Shown here: positions 51,189 to 57,940 of the stretch, one piece after another
Layout: the number at the start of each line of letters is the position of its first letter
How positions within the stretch are numbered: position 1 is the stretch's first letter
Source of the DNA: a virus
Lineage: Duplodnaviria; Caudoviricetes
Strand: one strand, 5' to 3'
Virus record (IMG/VR): IMGVR_UViG_3300031951_000177
Coordinates: 1 to 57,940 of that record
DNA length: 57,940 nucleotides
Position numbers and translations under genes: made by a program
The notes under the pieces: model-generated
Told to the model about the DNA's origin: nothing
Seen by the model: only the letters and a program-made list of their open reading frames with translations
Database searches by the model: none

Positions 51189-53218
51189 CAGACCCTCGTC
51201 ACCGTGGTCGTCGAGCCGACGGTGGCCATCGTCTGGCTGATGGCGCCTGCGCTGCGCGCCAGGGGCGTGACCACGAGGTCAGAGCCCAGGCCGTGCAGCA
51301 GGGCGATCTCGTCGATCATCGTGCCCGGGTCCGCACCCACCGCAGTGGGCGAGGCGGTCGTCGAGACTGTCACCGTGTCGTCGACCTGCGTGATGGTCTG
51401 GCTCAAGCCGCCCGCAGAGCGTGAGCTTGGGCCGACGGTCAGCGGCTGCGGCGCCAGGCCCTGCAGCAGCCACACGCGGTACAGGTTGCGCGCCTGGGCC
51501 TTGGTGATGACGTAGGTGTCGAACTCTACCGACGGGCTGTAGAAGATGCTGGTGTTGGTGACCAGCGACGGGGCGATGACGTTTGAGGGCGTGACCGTCG
51601 GCGCGTAGAAGATCTGCGTGCTGAAGGTGTTTGGCCCAACGTAGCCGGGCGAGACGTAGCCGTCGTCGACGTAGCCCTGCGGCAGCAGCGTGACCGGGCC
51701 AGGCGTGACCGTGGCGCCGTAGAAGGTCTGCGTGTTGGTGACCAGGCCCGGCTGCAGCGTCTGGCCTGGCGCAGCCTGGTTGACGGTCGGCGCGTAGAAC
51801 GTCTGCTCGTTGGTGATTAGGCTCGGCGACAGCGCGTAGGTGGCCGCGACCGTGGGCGCGTAGAACGCTTGGTCGTTGGTGTAGAGCGAGGGCTGCAGCG
51901 TGACCGGACCACGTCCCACCGTCGGGGCAAAGAACGTCTGGGAGTTGCCGTACAGGTCCGGCAGCAGCGGTTGCGGAGCGCCGCTTTGCGTTACGACCGC
52001 AGAGTAGAAGGTCTGTTCGTTGTCGTACTTCGCAGGCGTCAGCGTGACGCTGGTGGTGACCGTGGCCGCGTAGAACGTCTGGTCGTTGCTGTACAGGCCA
52101 GGCGTCAGCGCGTAAGTGGCCGCGACCGTTGGGCCGTAGAACGTCTGGTCGTTGTCGTACCGGGCGGGGGTGAGCGCGTAGGAGGCAGCCACCGCCGGGC
52201 TGAAGAACTCCTGCGTGTTCGTGTAAAGCGCAGGCGTCAGCGTCCTGGTGGCTGTGACAGTGGGCGCGAAGAACTCTTGCGCGTTGGTGTACAGCGCCGG
52301 GGTCAGCGTCTGCGTGCCACCGCTCTGCGTGACGTCCGCGCTGTAGAACACCTGGTCGTTGGTGTACAGCGCCGGAGTCAGGTCGTAGGTGGCGCTGACC
52401 GTCGGGCTGTGGAACGTCTGGTCGTTGGTGTACAGGCTCGGCGTGAGCGTCTGCGCTGCACCGCTTTGCGTGACATCCGGGCTGAAGAACGTCTGCGTGT
52501 TTGTGAACAGCGCAGGCGTCAGCGTCTGCGTCGCGGCCTGACGCAAAGCCAACGTCAGCGCGGTCCAAGAGTCCGCCGCGTTGGCCGTGCCGCCCGTCCA
52601 AGCCGCTGGGTCGTATGGGCCAGATACCCAGTCGAACGAGCCAATGCCGACCATCGCGTCGTTGGTATCGACGCTGGTCGCGGTTCTGAAGTTGGCAAGG
52701 CCAGTTCCAACAAAGACCGCGCCTGTACCTGCAGCAGCGCCGCCAGCAACAATAATCTCCGAGCCCGCTGTTGTCGGAGTTATGGCGGGAGGATTAGGTC
52801 TGCCAGTGCCTGTACCTGTGGCTGTGGTCGCAGCAACATCAAGCGGGGTGGTGCTGTCAACGCCGCGCCAGACATGCACGGCCATCGCGCCAGCGTCTTG
52901 TGCGTTGAGCGTGGGGCCAAAAGTTACCGTCGCGTCAGCAGCAGTTAAGCGCTTATATGCGACCCGCAGATTGCTGTCGTACGTCGTGCCGTTAGAGTAA
53001 AGCTCCGTGGCAATCAGCGTGTAGGCAACCGCGCTGGGGTCTTGGATAACCAGCGTTCTGTCAGCCGCAGAGCCTGTCGCAAAGACCGCAATAACGATGT
53101 CGCCAGCAGCGGCAGATGCGGCAATGCCGCCTGTCAGCGCTGTCAGGCTGATCGTGCTGTTGCCGGAAGTTGCTCCGGCTTTGGTTGCGGTATTACCGCC
53201 GACGTACTGAATAGCCAT
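51188..53218 (-). CDS. Repeat-rich fibre-like structural protein
   Basis: Globular N-terminal domain + 14 LTPxLYxNxQxFYxPTV repeats + duplicated C-terminal unit. Confidence 0.82.
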   Translation of the reverse strand: MAIQYVGGNTATKAGATSGNSTISLTALTGGIAASAAAGDIVIAVFATGSAADRTLVIQDPSAVAYTLIATELYSNGTTYDSNLRVAYKRLTAADATVTFGPTLNAQDAGAMAVHVWRGVDSTTPLDVAATTATGTGTGRPNPPAITPTTAGSEIIVAGGAAAGTGAVFVGTGLANFRTATSVDTNDAMVGIGSFDWVSGPYDPAAWTGGTANAADSWTALTLALRQAATQTLTPALFTNTQTFFSPDVTQSGAAQTLTPSLYTNDQTFHSPTVSATYDLTPALYTNDQVFYSADVTQSGGTQTLTPALYTNAQEFFAPTVTATRTLTPALYTNTQEFFSPAVAASYALTPARYDNDQTFYGPTVAATYALTPGLYSNDQTFYAATVTTSVTLTPAKYDNEQTFYSAVVTQSGAPQPLLPDLYGNSQTFFAPTVGRGPVTLQPSLYTNDQAFYAPTVAATYALSPSLITNEQTFYAPTVNQAAPGQTLQPGLVTNTQTFYGATVTPGPVTLLPQGYVDDGYVSPGYVGPNTFSTQIFYAPTVTPSNVIAPSLVTNTSIFYSPSVEFDTYVITKAQARNLYRVWLLQGLAPQPLTVGPSSRSAGGLSQTITQVDDTVTVSTTASPTAVGADPGTMIDEIALLHGLGSDLVVTPLARSAGAISQTMATVGSTTTVTRV

Positions 53219-53409
53219 CAGGGCACCTCAGTCAGTCCCCACAGGTCCATCACGTCCTGTGGCAGCGGTTGATCGGTCCCGATATCCAGCACCCCGGCGC
53301 CATACTCCCCCGACAACACCTCGTACCCGCGAGCATTCAAGTCATCGCGTATGGCGATGAAGATGTCGAAGTAGTCGTCGTCGGTGCAGGGCTTGGCGTA
53401 TCGAGCCAT
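53218..53409 (-). CDS. Small acidic protein
   Basis: AAGG RBS; TGATG coupling. Confidence 0.7.
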   Translation of the reverse strand: MARYAKPCTDDDYFDIFIAIRDDLNARGYEVLSGEYGAGVLDIGTDQPLPQDVMDLWGLTEVP

Positions 53410-53418
53410 GAGGCACCT

Positions 53419-54024
53419 TTATGTGAACGGCGGCGTGTACGACGGTGTGCCGAACTTGCTGACCCGGTAGTAGAAGTCGACGCCAAATAGGTACGCCGTG
53501 TCTGGGAACGTGTCTGCGCCGTTGGTTGCATCTCGGAAGAACCGGATGATGAACCGCTGGTTCGGTGCGACAGCAGATCCTGGGTAGGGAGCGCTCACCG
53601 CCTGCTTGTGCGCCCACGCTACACCGCCGGCGGGAGCAGAGACGTAGAAGAATTGGGTGTCACCGAACACGCCATCAATGGCCGCCGTCGTGAACTCGAA
53701 CCCCCACCGCACGTTACCTGCCGCGGTGCTGGCCCCGGGCGACCAGTGGATGGCGGCGTAGAGGTCTGTTCCTGGTGCCCACTCCAGCGGTACGTCCCAG
53801 TTCAAGAACGCCTCTTCCATCGCCGTCCCAGAAAAACTGAGAACGAACGTGCCGCCCTTGAAGTCCACAAGCTGAGCCGGGTTGCCCAAGCCGTCGCGCA
53901 GCGTGGGCTCCAAGCCGTCCATCTGCCAGGCCTCATTGGTGCGCCCGGCCAGGTCGGTGAAGTTGCCGTCGAGCTCAGTCCATGTGAGAGCTGAGCCCTT
54001 GCCGGCCCTGGTGACGATCGTCAT
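53419..54024 (-). CDS. Putative fibre/appendage structural protein
   Basis: MTIVTRAGKGSALTWTELDGNF N-terminal motif seen in virion fibre proteins. Confidence 0.78.
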   Translation of the reverse strand: MTIVTRAGKGSALTWTELDGNFTDLAGRTNEAWQMDGLEPTLRDGLGNPAQLVDFKGGTFVLSFSGTAMEEAFLNWDVPLEWAPGTDLYAAIHWSPGASTAAGNVRWGFEFTTAAIDGVFGDTQFFYVSAPAGGVAWAHKQAVSAPYPGSAVAPNQRFIIRFFRDATNGADTFPDTAYLFGVDFYYRVSKFGTPSYTPPFT

Positions 54025-54038
54025 GGGTTACCCCCGCG

Positions 54039-54440
54039 TCAGAGCTGGAAGATCCCAGACGCATTCCAGGTGATCGTGATGTCGCCGCCGTTCGGCGTGA
54101 CCGGCAGACCCGTCACACCGGTGTCGATGTAGGCCACCAGGCGCGAGGTGCCTGCGGTGCCGGTGTCGATGTAGATCACCAGAGCCTCGGCGCTGTTGCC
54201 AGTCACCGCGGTGTAGGTCACGTTGTCGCCGTCGAACAAACCGTTGGTCACCGTGGTGTTGGCAATGGTCTGAGCGGTGCCAACCACGCCAGTCAGCGAG
54301 GTCAGGAACTGGTGCGCAGCGCTGTAGGTGTAGGTGCCGGTGTCGACCAATGCGACCTTGACCGTCAGGTCATTGAGGTCGATGTTGGTGTCGCCATCAA
54401 GCAGGGCCTGCTTGTACAGGGGGTAGATTGCATTGGCCAT
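54039..54440 (-). CDS. Virion structural protein
   Basis: MANAIY...KVALVD...LVAYID...TPNGGDITITWNASGIF; AAGGAG RBS. Confidence 0.82.
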   Translation of the reverse strand: MANAIYPLYKQALLDGDTNIDLNDLTVKVALVDTGTYTYSAAHQFLTSLTGVVGTAQTIANTTVTNGLFDGDNVTYTAVTGNSAEALVIYIDTGTAGTSRLVAYIDTGVTGLPVTPNGGDITITWNASGIFQL

Positions 54441-54450
54441 GGTTGACTCC

Positions 54451-54990
54451 TTAGATCATGGACTTGAGGGCGGCGATCTTCTGCTCGTACTCGACGCGCA
54501 GCTTCTCGGCAGCAGCCTGCAGGTTGCGGGCGCTGGCCAGCTCGCTGTCGGCCTGTGCTTCGCGCTGGTCCAGCTCGCCGGCGCGCTTGACGTTGGCCGC
54601 GGCAACAGACTCGACCTTGGCCTTGTCGTTGGCCAGCGCCTCGCGCTCTTTGGCCATCCAGTTGTCGAACTTTTCGCGCTCGGCCTTTGCCGCAGCGCGC
54701 ACGGCATCGGCGTCGGCAGACGCCTGAGCAGCGCGTGCAGACTCCTCGCGTGCTTTGGCCAGCGCAGCGTTGGCATCGGCCGCAGCAAGCTGCGCCACCG
54801 AGTTGGTAGCGTCGGCCTCGGCCTTCGCCTCGCGAGCTGCTGCAGCCTCAGCGGCCGCCGCATCCTGCGCAGACTTGATCTGGTCGAGCACGGCTTTCAG
54901 CTTGCTCGGGTCCTTGGCCATCTCGAGGAAGGCCAGGAGGTTTGCCGCAGTGTCAACCGCCACGGCCGAAGGGGTGATGTTGATGTTCAT
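54451..54990 (-). CDS. Ala-rich coiled-coil protein
   Basis: GGAG RBS; 179 aa. Confidence 0.78.
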   Translation of the reverse strand: MNINITPSAVAVDTAANLLAFLEMAKDPSKLKAVLDQIKSAQDAAAAEAAAAREAKAEADATNSVAQLAAADANAALAKAREESARAAQASADADAVRAAAKAEREKFDNWMAKEREALANDKAKVESVAAANVKRAGELDQREAQADSELASARNLQAAAEKLRVEYEQKIAALKSMI

Positions 54991-55000
54991 GAGAGCTCCG

Positions 55001-55303
55001 TTAGGTAGTGGAAATGACCGCGATCTTCAGGCCGGGGCGAACGCCCAGGTACTCGGTGCCCCCGGCGCCGATTCTCATCGACGTGGAAGCAGCCGTGGGG
55101 TTTGAGCCGATGGCGACGCGGCATGCCACATCGGCGTGGAGACGAACGAAACGAGTCGTGTCGGAGAACGCAGCCGACTGGGCTGACGTGCCACCGATCA
55201 CAACCTGCTGGTTCACCAGCGCAGGCTCCTGGCCAGCGGGCACCAGATGCCCACGGCCGGCAGCCGTCAGCTCCTGGTACTCGGTGATGTCCAGTATTGC
55301 CAT
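55001..55303 (-). CDS. Small beta-rich structural protein
   Basis: GAGG RBS; SAQSAAF...VRL...GSNPTA. Confidence 0.8.
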   Translation of the reverse strand: MAILDITEYQELTAAGRGHLVPAGQEPALVNQQVVIGGTSAQSAAFSDTTRFVRLHADVACRVAIGSNPTAASTSMRIGAGGTEYLGVRPGLKIAVISTT

Positions 55304-55312
55304 TGTGATACC

Positions 55313-57511
55313 TCAGATGCCGGCGCCCGTGTTGACACGCAGCGCAGCCTCCGCGTTGAAGATCTGACGCTGGTTGTCGATCTTCAGTGCCTCGAGGCGC
55401 TCCTTCGCGGCGATCTGCTCGCGAGTGAGCTGAGCGTCCTGGCCGAGCTTGGTCAGCGCCAGGTCGCGCTCGATGCCGGCCTCGGTCATCGCGATCTCGT
55501 ACTCGGCCTGCTCGCGCTGGCGGTTGTACTCGGTCTGCTGGGCCTGCTGAGCGCGGACCTCCTTGTTGTCCGCGATCTTGGCCATGTCGACCTCGGCCTT
55601 GATCTGAGCGGCCGCGATGCGAGGATCTTGCGGCGCGCCCATCTGGGCCTGAGCCTCGGCCTCTTGCTTGACCTGGTCCTCGGGCTTGAGCAGCTCCTCG
55701 GGGTTGACCTTGAACGCCTTAAGGATGGCCTTGAGCTCCTCGCGCTCCTTGAGGTGCGGGATGTAGCGCGGGTTGTTCGTGATGTTGGCCAGGTTCAACA
55801 GCGCCTGATTCTGGATGTCGCGCTCGATCAGCGCGGTGGATCCGCGGGCGTCGATCTCGTAGTCGCCCTTGATGGCCGGGTCTGGATCGTTGGCCATCTT
55901 CCAGTCGTAGTACCGACCGATGTGCGGCCTGGTGATCGTGTCGTCGTACAGCTTCACGCGCTGGCGCAGCACGGCGTTGGCGTTGTTGTACAGCATGACC
56001 ATGCCGCCGACGGTCTCGGGCGCACTGCCCTGCTCTCCGCCCATGATCTGGGGCATGCTGGACTCGGTGTCGGCGAACTGCATGGCAGCCTGCGCGATGG
56101 CCAGCAACTCCTCGAGGTGCGAATTGAACTCGAACACCGTCATGGCCGCACGCACGTCGTCGAGCTCGTCCTTGGCCAGCCAGACCTTGTTGGGCGTGAT
56201 CTCGTAGCTGCCGTTCTGCGGAATCACCATGCCCTTCTTGATGACGATCTGGCCGCCCAGCGAGGTGCGTCCGTTGTCCATCACTTGGCGCCAGGCGCTG
56301 TTGACCACGCGCTGCTGGTGCTCGAGCTCGTCGGGCAGGCCGTAGCCGAACGGGCTGTCGTCGGATTTGCGCCAGCAGTAGACGTCCACCGGCAGCGTGC
56401 GGTCCACAACCCACGACTCCATCGCACCCACGACCTTGTCGTTGACGATCACGAGCACGCCGAAGTCCACGTCGGTCAGCGGATCCTGCGTGCGGCTCGA
56501 GAGCATCTCCATCTCTTCGGGCTCGATCTCACCGTGGTACGTCCACATCTCGTAGGCGTCCTCGTTGATCATGTCGCGGATGATCCGTCCCTCGGCCACG
56601 CGCAGCTTCTGCGGCGGCGAGCGCAGCACCTCGCGGATGGCCTCCTCGTCGTAGCCTGGCAGGCCCACGAGCTGGCGCAGTTGCTTGCGGGTGACCATGC
56701 GACGCATGAAGAACCCGCGGCCGGCCTGGTGGTCGTTGCCGCAGCTCGGATCGAAGAAGCAGTCCCACGGGTCCATGCGCATGCTGGCCGGGACGATCGA
56801 CTCGTTGATCTGCAGCACCTGCGTGCCGCCAGCCTGCGGCAGCCAGACCTTGCTGGTCTGCCGGGCCGGGAACGGGCCGTACATGACCATCGTGCCCAGG
56901 CGCACGGCATCCTCGATGCCCTTGCGGCTCTCGCCGTTGTACTTGCACTCGGTCAGGCTGTCGTCGATCGAGCGCTCCATGGCCTCGGCCGCCTGCTTGG
57001 CGGCCTCCATGATGGCGTTGGCTTCCTCGTTGGCCGTGAAGCCGGTGGGCTGGCCAGTGGCCGGGTCGACGGTCTGGGCGTTGTTGCCCATCATGTCGGC
57101 CAGCTCAGGCAATGGCGTGGGACGGATGCCCCAGTTGCGGTCGTCCACGGGGAACAGGATCTCGCACATGCGCGCCACGGCCTGGTCGACCTTCGGGCGC
57201 ACGATGTTGATCACCACGCGAGAGCGCGTACCGTCCACCGCCTTGCGCGCCGGCGGGCCGTTGCGCAGGGTGTTCTCGAACTCGCCGGTGCTGTTGGTGT
57301 GCTCACCGAAGTAGAGCTGCGCGTTCCTGCGCCAGCGGCGCTCGACGTCGGTGTTGGTGGCGCGTGACTGCACCCACTGGTCGCGCATCTTGGCGAAGAC
57401 GGCGTACAGGCGCTCGATCTCGCCCTTCTGGCGGCCTTCAAACTCTTCCTGGGTCAGCACCTCGTCGCCGACCATGTAGGCGACTTCGGGCGGTAGATCT
57501 TTGGGGTCCAT
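55313..57511 (-). CDS. Portal protein
   Basis: 732 aa directly after terL; INIVRPKV, DPWDCFFDP, FGYGLP, ETVGGM, coiled-coil barrel tail. Confidence 0.9.
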   Translation of the reverse strand: MDPKDLPPEVAYMVGDEVLTQEEFEGRQKGEIERLYAVFAKMRDQWVQSRATNTDVERRWRRNAQLYFGEHTNSTGEFENTLRNGPPARKAVDGTRSRVVINIVRPKVDQAVARMCEILFPVDDRNWGIRPTPLPELADMMGNNAQTVDPATGQPTGFTANEEANAIMEAAKQAAEAMERSIDDSLTECKYNGESRKGIEDAVRLGTMVMYGPFPARQTSKVWLPQAGGTQVLQINESIVPASMRMDPWDCFFDPSCGNDHQAGRGFFMRRMVTRKQLRQLVGLPGYDEEAIREVLRSPPQKLRVAEGRIIRDMINEDAYEMWTYHGEIEPEEMEMLSSRTQDPLTDVDFGVLVIVNDKVVGAMESWVVDRTLPVDVYCWRKSDDSPFGYGLPDELEHQQRVVNSAWRQVMDNGRTSLGGQIVIKKGMVIPQNGSYEITPNKVWLAKDELDDVRAAMTVFEFNSHLEELLAIAQAAMQFADTESSMPQIMGGEQGSAPETVGGMVMLYNNANAVLRQRVKLYDDTITRPHIGRYYDWKMANDPDPAIKGDYEIDARGSTALIERDIQNQALLNLANITNNPRYIPHLKEREELKAILKAFKVNPEELLKPEDQVKQEAEAQAQMGAPQDPRIAAAQIKAEVDMAKIADNKEVRAQQAQQTEYNRQREQAEYEIAMTEAGIERDLALTKLGQDAQLTREQIAAKERLEALKIDNQRQIFNAEAALRVNTGAGI

Positions 57512-57520
57512 GGTGATCCT

Positions 57521-57940
57521 TTAGTAGCCGGTCACTTCGTCGAGGACCTGCCACGCAGCCTCAGCGCCTCGGGGCACTTCCCACTCTTCCTCTTCGTCCG
57601 GCCACGGCAGAGTCAGCGAAGGCTCGTCGATGCGGGCCAGGCAGTCCATGCCGTCGTCGAATCGACCCACCGGGAAGGTGGCGTACTCGACCTCGAGCAG
57701 CTCCTGGATCAGGTCGTGCGGGTTGCCCTGCACGTCGGTGTAGTTGAGCTGCTGAGGCAGCCACATGCGGCCACCCTCGAACCACGGGATGAGCCTGCGG
57801 ATGCGGGCGTTCTTCTCCACCGCACCAGCCACCTCGGTGATCTTGAAACGGTACTGCCGGCGCTCCATCTCCGCCTGGATGTGCGGGATGTCCGCCTGCA
57901 TGCCGTAGCGCTCGTAGCGCGTCTGCATCGGCTTGTGCTT
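57521..57940 (-). CDS. terL: Terminase large subunit, 3' part (nuclease domain)
   Basis: EKNARIRRLIPWFEGG...FPVGRFDDGMDCLA; in frame with 1-1321 across the overlap. Confidence 0.95.
   Translation of the reverse strand, partial: KHKPMQTRYERYGMQADIPHIQAEMERRQYRFKITEVAGAVEKNARIRRLIPWFEGGRMWLPQQLNYTDVQGNPHDLIQELLEVEYATFPVGRFDDGMDCLARIDEPSLTLPWPDEEEEWEVPRGAEAAWQVLDEVTGY
57697..57940. repeat. Terminal direct repeat, right copy
   Basis: Matches 1-244 with two substitutions. Confidence 0.97.

Noticed and set aside
55247-57367. 706-aa plus-strand ORF, and similar long antisense ORFs (20837-22801, 24282-25595, 29094-30950, 48694-49902)
   Set aside because: Codon-aligned shadows of real genes in a GC-rich genome; no initiation signals or compositional switch, unlike 28084-28311
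1-57940. tRNA/rRNA genes or stop-codon recoding
   Set aside because: No cloverleaf or rRNA-like sequence recognised by eye; genes tile the genome fully under the standard code

Overview
The window is an apparently complete, circularly permuted genome (57,696 bp unique) of a GC-rich tailed phage with a podovirus-like gene set. A 244-bp end overlap splits the terminase large subunit. The host is probably a proteobacterium (inference). It has three blocks. (i) Leftward: small genes, RusA, an iterated origin-like region, a primase-helicase and cro (1.9-8.3 kb). (ii) Rightward: a CI-like repressor, promoter-led early cassettes, recombination/replication genes and nucleotide-signal enzymes (8.4-20.5 kb). 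(iii) Leftward late operon: terminase, portal, capsid, tail, lysis and ejection proteins (57.9-20.5 kb, entered from 1.8 kb). I found no integrase, DNA polymerase, RNA polymerase, tRNA or CRISPR array. The most striking system is a pair of giant polyvalent ejection-type proteins (about 2736 and 1151 aa) separated by a ferritin gene. Their modules are delimited by [FY]S-x-R motifs and include a metallopeptidase, a RelA/SpoT-like synthetase, a glycosylase-like module, ADP-ribosyltransferase-like modules and a nuclease-like module. Small genes appear to be hidden inside the linkers. One is antisense, has its own promoter and RBS, and abuts the RelA/SpoT module, so it is a candidate immunity gene. 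The early region separately encodes an alarmone hydrolase, a MazG-like enzyme and a candidate nucleotide sponge. Other findings are about 17 operator-like sites mostly oriented with transcription, three late promoter-leader-terminator units, and a structured RNA plus leader peptide upstream of the primase. All family calls come from motif recognition by eye, not from database searches.
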